From contig CAVJBW010000002.1 in assembly GCA_963647625.1 (NCBI GenBank), positions 1-32,355 of the forward strand: a stretch of 32,355 bases of DNA, in the 5' to 3' direction. Positions 1-8,940 of this stretch are shown piece after piece (position 1 is the first letter of the stretch; each line of letters begins with the position of its first letter). Both the position numbers and the translations under genes were made by a program. The stretch comes from Lachnospiraceae bacterium (GTDB lineage: Bacteria > Bacillota > Clostridia > Lachnospirales > Lachnospiraceae). The notes beneath the pieces are model-generated. The model did not search any database. It worked only from the letters and a program-made list of their open reading frames with translations, and had not been told where the DNA came from.

Positions 1-2
1 AA

Positions 3-353
3 ATTGTTCTTAATTTTTATGAAAAGGTATTCAACCAATGGGATACTTCAGTGATTGATGACTTCGTAAAGGAAGACTATATCCAGCACAATCCAAATGC
101 CCCAACAGGTAGAGCCGGCTTTAAGGAATTCTGCAGCCACTTTCTTGCTCTAAAGCCTCATATGGATATTGTAAAGATTGCAGAAGATGGAGATACGGTC
201 TATGTCTTTTTCAAGTGTACGCTAGAAAATGGCGCTGTCAACAAAGTGGTTGACATCTATCGCCTTGAAGATGGCATGCTCGCAGAGCATTGGGATGTGG
301 TAGAACACAACGTACATGAATACAAACCAGTACATGATAATGGTTTATTTTAA
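3..353 (+). CDS. SnoaL-like / NTF2-family protein, 5'-truncated by the window edge
   Basis: The frame is open from base 3 (IVLNFYEKVFNQWDTSVIDDF...). It carries YIQHNP..GRAGF and DIYRLEDGMLAEHWDV, typical of SnoaL-like proteins. Confidence 0.8.
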   Translation: MVLNFYEKVFNQWDTSVIDDFVKEDYIQHNPNAPTGRAGFKEFCSHFLALKPHMDIVKIAEDGDTVYVFFKCTLENGAVNKVVDIYRLEDGMLAEHWDVVEHNVHEYKPVHDNGLF

Positions 354-357
354 CAAG

Positions 358-385
358 AAAAATCCCCACTAAGGGGATTTTTTTT
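358..385. terminator. Bidirectional intrinsic terminator
   Basis: AAAAATCCCC-actaa-GGGGATTTTT(TTT) between convergent genes. Confidence 0.85.
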
Positions 386-785
386 ATTGCTTTTCTTTTA
401 TCATCTGCTCTACCAAGGCGACTGCCTCATAAATCATATCATCGCAGTGCTCTTTTTGAGGTCTTTTTGCCTCGGCATTGATACGAAGCAAGTCTTTGCA
501 GTCTAGACAGCCAGCATGATTTTCTCGAAAGGCGTCATAATAACGTTTGATGGAAGCTGGATCTTGGATTCCATGTAGGCCTAGAGCCATAAGGCCTCCC
601 ACAATGGCTCCGCACAGACTGCCGACTTTTAGTCCAGATCCAAAGTTTTCACACAAGGCTGCTACCATCTCTTCTTCTAGTCCAAGCTCTGTTGCAAATG
701 GAATCAAAGCTGCCTGAGCGCAGTTATAATGCCTCTTTGCCTCATTACTTCTAAGTTGCTTTGCATAGGTTAAGTAATCATTCAT
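384..785 (-). CDS. C-GCAxxG-C-C family putative redox protein (133 aa)
   Basis: YNCAQA, GSLCGAIVGG, CKDLL and HCDDMI Cys pattern. Start moved to ATG 785 (MNDYL), which has a GGAGG RBS. Confidence 0.8.
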   Translation of the reverse strand: MNDYLTYAKQLRSNEAKRHYNCAQAALIPFATELGLEEEMVAALCENFGSGLKVGSLCGAIVGGLMALGLHGIQDPASIKRYYDAFRENHAGCLDCKDLLRINAEAKRPQKEHCDDMIYEAVALVEQMIKEKQ

Positions 786-968
786 TGGCCTACCTCCTAG
801 TATTATAAGCTTTATACGATCATTGGTTATCACAAGAAAGAATCTTATAAGAAGAAAGTCTTCTATAAGATAAAATAAAGGGAAGAGAGTCCATTTTCTT
901 CCCATTCATGCTACAATAGAACTTGTCAAACAAATGTGCCTTAGCACAAGATTCAAAGGAGAAATTCT

Positions 969-1754
969 ATGAAAGACCGAAGTGTTCGAAGATTTACTAT
1001 TATGATGATTGTATTTGGAATCATCATTGCTCTATTACTCTGTGTGGCCGTCTATGTCCACAATTACTATCATGCCAGCGATGAGGCCCTAGAAGCGATT
1101 AATTCTGCCGCAGACAATGTGACCGTAACCATCAAGGAAAAAAAGCAAATCACCTTTATGCCACAAGATTCCACTACCGGAATCATCTTTTATCCAGGTG
1201 GAAAGGTGGAATATAAAGCCTATGCTCCTTTAATGAAAAAGCTATCGGATCAGGGAATCTGCTGCGTCTTGGTTCATATGCCTGGTAATCTTGCTGTCTT
1301 TGATTCTAGTGCTGCGGATGATATTTACAAGCAATATCCTAGCATCAAGCATTGGTATATTGCCGGTCACTCCCTAGGCGGAGCTATGGCAGCCTCCTAT
1401 GCATCAGAACATGCTGACCAGCTAGATGGTCTGATCTTACTTGCTTCCTATAGCACCAAGGATTTATCGAACCTTGACCTCAAGGTCCTTTCCATCTATG
1501 GAAGTGAAGATCACGTCTTAAGCATGGATAAATATAACGAAAATCGTTCCAATCTGCCAAGCAACCTAGAAGAATATATTATTGAAGGGGGCTGTCACTC
1601 CTATTTTGGTTCCTATGGAATGCAAAAAAATGACGGCTCTCCTACCATCTCAAATACAGAACAGATTTCTGCTACAGTAGATTACATCTTGCAATTTATC
1701 AACCAAACAACCTTGCAAGACCAGCCTACGCCTACCCTGGCATTTGCCAGCTAA
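969..1754 (+). CDS. Membrane-anchored alpha/beta hydrolase
   Basis: N-terminal hydrophobic helix, IFYPGG, GHSLGG nucleophile motif, GSED and GGCHSYFG. AAGGAG RBS and TGcTACAAT extended -10 near 909-917. Confidence 0.85.
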   Translation: MKDRSVRRFTIMMIVFGIIIALLLCVAVYVHNYYHASDEALEAINSAADNVTVTIKEKKQITFMPQDSTTGIIFYPGGKVEYKAYAPLMKKLSDQGICCVLVHMPGNLAVFDSSAADDIYKQYPSIKHWYIAGHSLGGAMAASYASEHADQLDGLILLASYSTKDLSNLDLKVLSIYGSEDHVLSMDKYNENRSNLPSNLEEYIIEGGCHSYFGSYGMQKNDGSPTISNTEQISATVDYILQFINQTTLQDQPTPTLAFAS

Positions 1755-2134
1755 TTCGCTTGCAGCACGGGAGTAAAATCTTCTGTATCTCCACAGATTC
1801 TACCGCCAAGACCTTTCAAGATTTCTTGCATGAGGCCTTGGCATTTTTCATAGGCATCTGGGCGAAAAGAAATATAAAAGACTGAGGCAATATGATGCTT
1901 TTCTAGATATTGGTTGCTATATTCATCCTTCAGATCTGTATCTAGCTGTTCAATATCCATGGAAAGCTTGTCCTCAATTCCAATCTCTAGGACCCTAGCC
2001 TCCTTCCATATTTCAATATCATACTGGTCAGGATCTAACACATCCTTGATATGAGATACTGTAATTTCCTTTTCATTCATAAAATACCAGCCCAAAGGTC
2101 CTGTAATCTTTGGGCCCTTTTTCTTTTTTTTCAT
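1751..2134 (-). CDS. Hypothetical protein (127 aa)
   Basis: AAGGAG RBS, 24 bp downstream of the desulfurase gene, and a convergent stop overlap with the hydrolase. Confidence 0.7.
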   Translation of the reverse strand: MKKKKKGPKITGPLGWYFMNEKEITVSHIKDVLDPDQYDIEIWKEARVLEIGIEDKLSMDIEQLDTDLKDEYSNQYLEKHHIASVFYISFRPDAYEKCQGLMQEILKGLGGRICGDTEDFTPVLQAN

Positions 2135-2158
2135 GGATTTTCTCCTTACAATCTACTA

Positions 2159-3382
2159 CTATCTTACTCGATCAAAGAAAGCAATTACTTTTTGTGTATA
2201 TTCTCCGAGCTTTTCAATTTCCTCCATGGTGTTATAAAAAGCCGGTGAAATACGGATCACCGTATCTAGACCAAATCTATTGACCATGGGCTGGGCACAC
2301 ATACTTCCCGTACGCACAGCAACGCCATACTTGTCAATCATACTGGCAAAATCATATGGATGAAGTCCTTCAATCTGAATCGAGATACAACCTGCCCGTT
2401 TCTTTGGATGGCCTAGAATCTCGACCTGTGGAATCTTCGACAATACCTCTTCCGTCTTTTGAAGCAATTCTTCTTCATAAGCTGCAATTCGCTCAATGCC
2501 AATATCCGAGAGATATTCTATGGCAGCTCCCCAAGCAATGATTCCACTATAGTTCGGCGTTCCCGCTTCTAATCTGGCCGGAAGCTCTGCAAAAGTCGTC
2601 TTTTCCTTGGTCACAAGATCAATCATGCCCCCTCCGTAGCGATAAGGCTGCATATGATCTAGCAAAGGTTTGCGAATAAATAAACATCCAACTCCTGTCG
2701 GTCCCATCATCTTGTGAGCGGAAAATCCAATAAAATCGCAGGAAAGCTGTTCTAAATCAAAGCATCTATGGCGCACGCCCTGAGCCGCATCAATATAGAC
2801 CAGGATATTTTTCTCCTTGGCCAAGCCAACCACAGTCTCGAGATCTGCTACGCATCCTGTTACATTAGATACTGCCGTTACTGCTAGGAATTTTACCTGA
2901 TCTGTCAGCATTTGCTTCATAGCCTCTAGATCAAGCTCCCCATCTATGCTTGGAACCACCCGAAACTCTGCTTTACATTCTTCACAAACCTGCTGCCACA
3001 CAACAAAATTGGCATGATGCTCTATTTCCGTAGACAAAACAACATCCCCTGGCTTTAATACATGGCGCAGGTAGCTTTGAGCTACGAGATTGGCACTGTC
3101 TGTGGCACCTGAAGTAAAGATAATCTCTCCTTGCCCTTTTCCATGGAGGAAATCCTTCAATTGCTCTCTTACCTCTTCCATTTGCATGGTGGACTGCTCA
3201 CTTAAGTAATGAATGCCCCTATGAACATTGGCATTATACTTGGTATAGTGCAAGCTCAGCCGATCAATCACCTGCTGTGGCAACTGGGTAGTCGCTGCAT
3301 TGTCTAGATATATCAGATCTTTTCCATAGATCTTTTCTTTTAAAATAGGGAAATCCCCCCGAATGTCTTCCCAACTACGCAT
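2159..3382 (-). CDS. sufS: Group II cysteine desulfurase (SufS/CsdA-like)
   Basis: IYLDNAATTQ, ANVHRG, EHHAN, FSAHKM (PLP Lys), LEAGTP and RTGSMCAQP (catalytic Cys). Confidence 0.85.
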   Translation of the reverse strand: MRSWEDIRGDFPILKEKIYGKDLIYLDNAATTQLPQQVIDRLSLHYTKYNANVHRGIHYLSEQSTMQMEEVREQLKDFLHGKGQGEIIFTSGATDSANLVAQSYLRHVLKPGDVVLSTEIEHHANFVVWQQVCEECKAEFRVVPSIDGELDLEAMKQMLTDQVKFLAVTAVSNVTGCVADLETVVGLAKEKNILVYIDAAQGVRHRCFDLEQLSCDFIGFSAHKMMGPTGVGCLFIRKPLLDHMQPYRYGGGMIDLVTKEKTTFAELPARLEAGTPNYSGIIAWGAAIEYLSDIGIERIAAYEEELLQKTEEVLSKIPQVEILGHPKKRAGCISIQIEGLHPYDFASMIDKYGVAVRTGSMCAQPMVNRFGLDTVIRISPAFYNTMEEIEKLGEYTQKVIAFFDRVR

Positions 3383-3420
3383 ATTCCTTCTCCTTTAATC
3401 AAGCTTCGAATCCATGCTCT

Positions 3421-3744
3421 TTAAGCAAGTAAACGAAGCAATATCATATAAACTGCTGTGCCTCCTACGATGCTGATCAGCAGACTATGTTTCCATTTGT
3501 AGGTAGCAATCACGCAAATCACAGCTAGGCCTTTGGGCAGCAGATAGGTCGCATAGTCGCTATATGCATCCCTTAGGCAATAGATAATCAGCACCGCCAT
3601 AATGGCTGGTGGCAAGGTATCTCCTAACTCTTCTAGCCAGGAAGGCATCTGTCGATCTCCTGAAAAAACAAGAAAAGGAAGGGCTCTTAATGCAAAGGTG
3701 ATGGCCACAGATATTAAAATAATTCCTAGAGTATGTCCTGTCAC
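3421..3744 (-). CDS. azlD: AzlD-family branched-chain amino acid exporter small subunit (107 aa)
   Basis: TFALRALPF and LPPAIMAVLIIYC motifs. The GTG start at 3744 overlaps the azlC stop (GTGA) and has a GGAGG RBS. Confidence 0.85.
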   Translation of the reverse strand: MTGHTLGIILISVAITFALRALPFLVFSGDRQMPSWLEELGDTLPPAIMAVLIIYCLRDAYSDYATYLLPKGLAVICVIATYKWKHSLLISIVGGTAVYMILLRLLA

Positions 3745-4412
3745 GATGTTCCTCCTTTTCCTCGCACAATTAATAGAATTGCCGATACGATCAGAAGGGC
3801 CGGCAGCATGAACTGATTGGCTCCAACAAAGATCAAGCACAAGATTCCCACGCAGATCCCCACCAGCGCCGGATAGTGTTTTTGGGCCTTTTCCCACTGC
3901 TGCATAAACAAGACAAGAAAGAGAGCCGTCATACAAAAGTCAATGCCTTCTAGATCATAGGGAAGCAGCTGACCTACCACAGCGCCAAGCACGGCGCCTC
4001 CACTCCAATATAGCCAGCTCATCCAAGCCACATGAAACATGACCTCTTCCTTTTCCTTTCCCTTTTCTTCTAGGGAACAGTTGACGGCATAGGTTTCATC
4101 TGTCAAGGTATGAATCATAAATGGCAGCTTCTTTCCCATAGCCTTAAAGTCTTTCACAAAGCTCAAAGCATAGAAGGTCTGGCGGCTATTCATGAGAAGT
4201 GCTGTCAAGGCAACGGTAACAAGGGAAGCTGCACTACTCATAAAGGTAATTAGGACAAATTGAAAGGCCCCTGTATATACCCCTAGGCTCAGCAAGAGGC
4301 AATAAAGCCAGTTATAGCCTGCTTCTTGCATGGTGATTCCATAGGCACATCCCAAAAATATATAGCTACAGAGTACTGGTAGCGATTTGATAAATCCTTT
4401 TTTCAAAGCCAC
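3741..4412 (-). CDS. azlC: AzlC-family exporter permease
   Basis: YTGAFQF, NSRQTFY, LTDETYA and GIDFCMTALF motifs. Confidence 0.9.
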   Translation of the reverse strand: MALKKGFIKSLPVLCSYIFLGCAYGITMQEAGYNWLYCLLLSLGVYTGAFQFVLITFMSSAASLVTVALTALLMNSRQTFYALSFVKDFKAMGKKLPFMIHTLTDETYAVNCSLEEKGKEKEEVMFHVAWMSWLYWSGGAVLGAVVGQLLPYDLEGIDFCMTALFLVLFMQQWEKAQKHYPALVGICVGILCLIFVGANQFMLPALLIVSAILLIVRGKGGTS

Positions 4413-4551
4413 GATGTTCTCTCTTTTCTAATCAGTTCTTTCTGTATGGTCTATTCTAGCACAAATATTTTCTAGGTGATAGCATCTTCAAGCTTCTTGT
4501 GATAGAATGTTACAAATCTTGATGATCAATGATAAAGGAGGCTCTTACCAC

Positions 4552-5061
4552 ATGAATCCAATGACCAGCGAAAGTATCATTTTGAAAATGATGGAGATTG
4601 ACAAAGGTGATCCAGCTAGAATCCAGCATTTTATAAAAGTCTATCAATTTGCCCATACCATAGGAATGCAAGAAGGTCTTGATGCTGCTACCATGCGAAT
4701 CCTTGATACTGCAGCCATCTTGCATGATATTGCCATCGTGCCTGTAGAAAAAAAGCTAGGTTATTGCAATGGCAAGCTCCAGGAAGAAGAAGGACCTGCC
4801 TATGCAAGAGCCTTATTAGAAGAGGTTGGTAGCTTTTCCATAAATGAGATTGATCGGATCTGTTATCTAATCGGACATCATCATACTTATACCGACGTTG
4901 ATGGCCTTGATTATCGCATCTTGTTAGAAGCAGACTTTCTCGTAAATGCCTTTGAAGAAGGCCTTAAGGAAGAAGCCATCTTAAAGGGGGAGGAGCTGAT
5001 TTTCCAAACGACCTGTGGAAAGAAAATGCTCCATCTCATGTTCAAATTAGGAATAGAATAG
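4552..5061 (+). CDS. HD-domain phosphohydrolase
   Basis: RIQHF, AAILHDI, HHHTY and LLEADFLVN. ATG 4552 follows an AAAGGAGG RBS. Confidence 0.85.
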   Translation: MNPMTSESIILKMMEIDKGDPARIQHFIKVYQFAHTIGMQEGLDAATMRILDTAAILHDIAIVPVEKKLGYCNGKLQEEEGPAYARALLEEVGSFSINEIDRICYLIGHHHTYTDVDGLDYRILLEADFLVNAFEEGLKEEAILKGEELIFQTTCGKKMLHLMFKLGIE

Positions 5062-5068
5062 AGTAACG

Positions 5069-5110
5069 AAAAAAGAAGTTTTGATTGGAGGGGGCCATCA
5101 AAACTTCTTT
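5069..5110. terminator. Bidirectional intrinsic terminator
   Basis: AAAGAAGTTTTGAT...ATCAAAACTTCTTT, 14-bp arms between convergent genes. Confidence 0.8.
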
Positions 5111-5141
5111 ATCTATATGCTAATTTAAGAAATCTATCAAA

Positions 5142-5873
5142 TTAATCTAAGATCTTGCCATCAATAGAAATGGTCTTAACCTGCCATGGAATAAACTTTC
5201 CACTGCCTTGAAGGGCTTGCTGAGCAGCATGCTGAAGGCCACCACAACATGGAACTTCCATTCGAACGATGGTTACAGACTTGATATCATTATTTTCAAT
5301 AATTGCCTGTAGCTTCTCGGTATAATCCACTGCATCAAGCTTTGGACATCCGATGATGGTTACATGATTGCGGATAAATTCCTGATGGAAGGACGCATAA
5401 GCATAAGCCGTACAATCTGCTGCAATCAAGAGATTTGCTCCATCAAAATATGGTGCGGTCACTGGTGCTAGCTTGATTTGAACTGGCCAGTTGCTCAGCT
5501 GTGAAGTCATAACAGGACTTTCCTGTTCTACCTTAGCCTCCTGGCTTGCACGATTCATCTGTCTAATCTTTGATCCTGGACATCCTCCAGCGTGTGGCTG
5601 CATATTCATCTGATTTTCTTTCTCCTGTTCTTGCTTTTTTCGAATATTTTCCTGTACTGCTGCCTCGTCATAGGCTGCTGCTTCTCTTGTTTCAAATGTA
5701 ATCGCTCCTGTTGGGCAATTCGGTAGGCAATCTCCCATGCCATCACAATAATCATCTCGAATCAATTTGGCCTTGCCATCCACCATGGCAATGGCACTTT
5801 CATGACAGGCCTCGGCGCAAAGCCCACAGCCGTTACATTTGTCTTCATCAATGTGGATAATCTGTCTTACCAT
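5142..5873 (-). CDS. 4Fe-4S dicluster ferredoxin-domain protein with a Cys-rich C-terminal domain (type usually found beside hcp)
   Basis: CNGCGLCAEAC and CDGMGDCLPNCP, then GGCPGS, WPVQ, AADC, GCPKLD and MEVPCCGG. Confidence 0.85.
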   Translation of the reverse strand: MVRQIIHIDEDKCNGCGLCAEACHESAIAMVDGKAKLIRDDYCDGMGDCLPNCPTGAITFETREAAAYDEAAVQENIRKKQEQEKENQMNMQPHAGGCPGSKIRQMNRASQEAKVEQESPVMTSQLSNWPVQIKLAPVTAPYFDGANLLIAADCTAYAYASFHQEFIRNHVTIIGCPKLDAVDYTEKLQAIIENNDIKSVTIVRMEVPCCGGLQHAAQQALQGSGKFIPWQVKTISIDGKILD

Positions 5874-6277
5874 GCTTTCAGCTCCTCCTTTAATCTCTCG
5901 TAAGTCTTTTCATTCATATCATAGGAAAGGTAAGCAAGTGCCGTATATGCAAGATCTGGTAGATTGTCGCCTTTTTCCATGCAGCGGCGAGCCAAAGCTT
6001 CTAGTTCTTCTACGATCTGGTCTTTGGTCTCTTGCATCCAAGCAGGACCAGCTAAGAACTTGCTCATTTTGTAATCTGCGGTGTTCCCACAAGGTGACAT
6101 GCAGCTAGCACAGTTTGGAGCAATCCGATCTCTTTCTTGACTTAATCGTTCTAATAAGTCTTGCTCCTCTTCCACTCCGGCTAAAGCCTTGAGAAGAATT
6201 CTATCTGTATCCGGGCTCTTGCCATGTTGATCTGCTGCGGCTGCGAGGCCTATGGCTCTGCAAACAATCTGATTCAT
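5867..6277 (-). CDS. Small protein (136 aa) resembling the N-terminal helical region of clostridial hybrid cluster protein
   Basis: AIGLAAA...RIAPNCASCMSPCGNTADYKM resembles a segment I recall from Lachnospiraceae-type Hcp. ATG 6277 follows a purine-rich RBS and the ORF overlaps the start of the ferredoxin gene. Confidence 0.6.
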   Translation of the reverse strand: MNQIVCRAIGLAAAADQHGKSPDTDRILLKALAGVEEEQDLLERLSQERDRIAPNCASCMSPCGNTADYKMSKFLAGPAWMQETKDQIVEELEALARRCMEKGDNLPDLAYTALAYLSYDMNEKTYERLKEELKAW

Positions 6278-6300
6278 CCTTGCTCTCCCTTCGTGACCAT

Positions 6301-6344
6301 AGATTAGCATAGGATGCATTTCCTATGGCGTTGCCCTTGCAACA
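6301..6344 (-). promoter_or_regulatory. Activator-type promoter: TGTTGC-N4-GCAACG palindrome (6329-6344) plus TGcTAATCT extended -10 (6301-6309)
   Basis: The palindrome centre lies about 42 bp upstream of the inferred start site, which is class II Crp/Fnr geometry. Confidence 0.6.
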
Positions 6345-6366
6345 CTTTTATTTTTATGTGAAAATT

Positions 6367-6822
6367 CTAGATTTCTCTTACCGCCTGAATCAGCCGATCC
6401 CCTTGATAAGTCAGCTTTAATGCAAAGAAGGGTTCTTCTAGAAATAAAAGTTTGAAAAATTCCCGGTCCCCTTCCCATAGGTTCAGATCCATAATTTCAG
6501 ACTTAGGAATCCACTGTAAGGTTCCCTCGTCGCAATTTGTCACCTCTCCCTCGTAGGAAGAGACGGTAAATAAATGCATGTATTCGGTTTCGTAAATGTC
6601 ACTGACAAAGGTTACAATTCCCCGGTAGGCATAGTCCTTCACAATCAGAGAAGTCTCTTCTTTTACTTCTCTGATCATGCACTCGATCGGGCTTTCCCCT
6701 TCCTCGAACTTGCCGCCTACTCCAAGCCATTTGCCCTTGCTTTGATCGGACTGTTTTTTGTTTCGATAAAGCATCAGGTAGCTTTCATTTTCTTCGATAT
6801 AGACTAAGGTCGTATTTCTCAT
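6367..6822 (-). CDS. NUDIX hydrolase, MutX/MutT-like 8-oxo-dGTP diphosphatase
   Basis: Nudix box GGKFEEGESPIECMIREVKEETSL, plus LMLYRNKK..KWLGVGGK and LWEGD. Confidence 0.85.
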   Translation of the reverse strand: MRNTTLVYIEENESYLMLYRNKKQSDQSKGKWLGVGGKFEEGESPIECMIREVKEETSLIVKDYAYRGIVTFVSDIYETEYMHLFTVSSYEGEVTNCDEGTLQWIPKSEIMDLNLWEGDREFFKLLFLEEPFFALKLTYQGDRLIQAVREI

Positions 6823-6824
6823 CT

Positions 6825-7451
6825 TTATTTCTTTCCAAAGACTGCTACATACTGGCCTGGGCCATTGTGGTAGGTGACCTCTTTAAAGCCAGCTTTTAAC
6901 AGATAGTCTTTTAATTCTTCTGGGCGATATACTCGAAAATGAATCCCTTGAGGCTTTGGCCAATCATAATGATCAGGATCATTCGCTTCACAAAAGATGG
7001 CAAAGGTGCCGTCCTTTTTGGTAACGTCATAGGCCTGGGCAAAGGCCTTTTCAATATCCGGCCAAAAATATACTGTTTCGACTGCAGTAACTAGATCGAA
7101 GCTCTCCTTTTCAAAAGGAAGACGAGCAACATCTCCCTGAAAGATCTCACAGCGACTTCCTAGAAATTCCTGATTCATTCTCTTGCTTTGTTCGACACAA
7201 GTTGGCATATAGTCAAGTCCATAGACGATGCCATCCTTAGAAAGGGTTAACATCTCCGATATGGTAGCTCCGCCGCCACATCCTAGGTCTAGAATTTTCA
7301 TACCACTATGCCAGGTAATATACTGAAAGCCGAAGTCTCTTAAAGGGCTATGGGATTCATTCATTCTTTGAATCATTTTTAAGCCTTCTTCTCCTTCTGG
7401 CCTTCCTGGATTGGCATCTTCAAGTATTGTATTTGGTTTCTTTTCTGCCAT
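6825..7451 (-). CDS. Class I SAM-dependent methyltransferase
   Basis: ILDLGCGGG, GDVARLPF and FDLVTAVETVYFWPD. Confidence 0.9.
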   Translation of the reverse strand: MAEKKPNTILEDANPGRPEGEEGLKMIQRMNESHSPLRDFGFQYITWHSGMKILDLGCGGGATISEMLTLSKDGIVYGLDYMPTCVEQSKRMNQEFLGSRCEIFQGDVARLPFEKESFDLVTAVETVYFWPDIEKAFAQAYDVTKKDGTFAIFCEANDPDHYDWPKPQGIHFRVYRPEELKDYLLKAGFKEVTYHNGPGQYVAVFGKK

Positions 7452-7453
7452 AA

Positions 7454-8407
7454 CTATCCTTCCTTTTCTTGGTCAAATACCATTTTTACAGCCCCATAGA
7501 TTCCTGCATCATTGCCTAGCTTGGCAAGTTCGAACTTGGCATCTCTTGCAGCATGAAAGGCATAGGTATCATAATATTTTTCAATCGCATCTAGGACAAT
7601 CTCTCCTGCCTTGGCTACTCCGCCACCGATGACATAAGCCTGAGGATTCAGGACGCTAGATATCGTAGCAAGGGCTTTGCCTAAGGTCTTTCCGAACTGG
7701 TCTACCTGTAACAAAGCAACCTCATCTCCTGTTTTTGCTGCATCAAAGACGTCCTTAGCAGTAATCTCTTCTATCTGTCTAAGGCTAGATGCCGTCGTCT
7801 CTTTGCTTAGATATTCTCTTGTCATTCTGGCAATTCCTGTTGCAGAAGTATATTGTTCTAGGCAGCCATAGTTGCCACATCCACAAGGGATTTGTTCCCC
7901 TTCCTTTACTGGAATATGGCCGATTTCTCCTGCGGCTCCATTGGCTCCTGTCACGATCTTTCCATCTAAAATGACTCCGCCGCCAACCCCAGTTCCTAAG
8001 GTCACCATCACAAGATTTTGATAGCCTTGTCCGCCTCCCATCCACATTTCGCCTAGGGCGGCTACATTGGCATCATTGCCGGACTTCACCTTCATATGAG
8101 TTCGCTGACTCATTGCTTCTTCTACATTGAATACATCCCATCCTAGATTAACGCAGCGATGAACGACGCCATCTGCTCCTACCGGTCCTGGCACGCCCAT
8201 GCCTAGACCTGCTATATCCTCTAGGGCAATGTCATGCTCTTTTTGATATTCTTCCATGCTCTGGGCAATATCTTCTAGGATGTACTTTCCCCCATCTATC
8301 GTGCGTGTGGGAATCTCCCATTGATCTACCAAGGTTCCATCGGCCTTAAAGAATCCCATCTTGACACTGGTCCCGCCGATATCTACACCGAATCCATACT
8401 TTTTCAT
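7454..8407 (-). CDS. glcK: ROK-family glucokinase
   Basis: DIGGT, NDANVAALGE, TLGTGVGGG, GEIGH and CGCGNYGCLE. Confidence 0.9.
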   Translation of the reverse strand: MKKYGFGVDIGGTSVKMGFFKADGTLVDQWEIPTRTIDGGKYILEDIAQSMEEYQKEHDIALEDIAGLGMGVPGPVGADGVVHRCVNLGWDVFNVEEAMSQRTHMKVKSGNDANVAALGEMWMGGGQGYQNLVMVTLGTGVGGGVILDGKIVTGANGAAGEIGHIPVKEGEQIPCGCGNYGCLEQYTSATGIARMTREYLSKETTASSLRQIEEITAKDVFDAAKTGDEVALLQVDQFGKTLGKALATISSVLNPQAYVIGGGVAKAGEIVLDAIEKYYDTYAFHAARDAKFELAKLGNDAGIYGAVKMVFDQEKEG

Positions 8408-8453
8408 TTTGCTTCCCCTTTACTTATGCATTCTTATTCTTTACACCGCTTCT

Positions 8454-8936
8454 CTATCGATTATCTACTCTCTCAGGCATCAGATCATGATGGCATAAAC
8501 GATCAAAGGCTACCTCTTCCCACTTGGTATTTGGCTTTCCATAATTGCAATAAGGATCAATGGAGAGACCTCCGCGTGGCAAGAACTTACCCCATACTTC
8601 GATATATTTTGGGTCCATAAGTTTGATCAAATCTTTCATGATAATATTCATGCAATCTTCATGAAAGTCCCCATGATTACGAAAAGAAAATAGATATAAT
8701 TTTAAAGATTTACTTTCTACCATTTTCTCTGATGGCACATAGGAAATATAGACAGTTCCAAAGTCTGGCTGGCCGGTAATCGGACATAGGGAGGTAAATT
8801 CTGGACAGTTAAATTTTACAAAATAGTCATTTTGTGGATGCTTATTTTCAAAACATTCTAACACTCCTGGATCATAGTCCATGGAATAAGTGGTATGTTT
8901 GCTTCCAAGCTGGGTTAATGGTTCATTTTCTCTCAT
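8454..8936 (-). CDS. queF: NADPH-dependent preQ0 reductase, type I
   Basis: [28 protein letters not shown] and PRGG. Confidence 0.97.
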   Translation of the reverse strand: MRENEPLTQLGSKHTTYSMDYDPGVLECFENKHPQNDYFVKFNCPEFTSLCPITGQPDFGTVYISYVPSEKMVESKSLKLYLFSFRNHGDFHEDCMNIIMKDLIKLMDPKYIEVWGKFLPRGGLSIDPYCNYGKPNTKWEEVAFDRLCHHDLMPERVDNR

Positions 8937-8940
8937 GGTA

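Noticed and set aside
935..948. TGTGC-CTTA-GCACA palindrome before the hydrolase
   Set aside because: The arms are only 5 bp and could be chance or a small 5' UTR hairpin.
3745..3936. N-terminal extension of AzlD (similar extensions at 786-905, 4507-4551, 6278-6319, 15699-15719, 28215-28238)
   Set aside because: Downstream starts have better RBSs and match the expected family lengths.
6367..6822. NUDIX as a dihydroneopterin triphosphate pyrophosphatase linked to folE
   Set aside because: The sequence looks MutX-like, and Q synthesis uses the triphosphate directly, so proximity is the only support.
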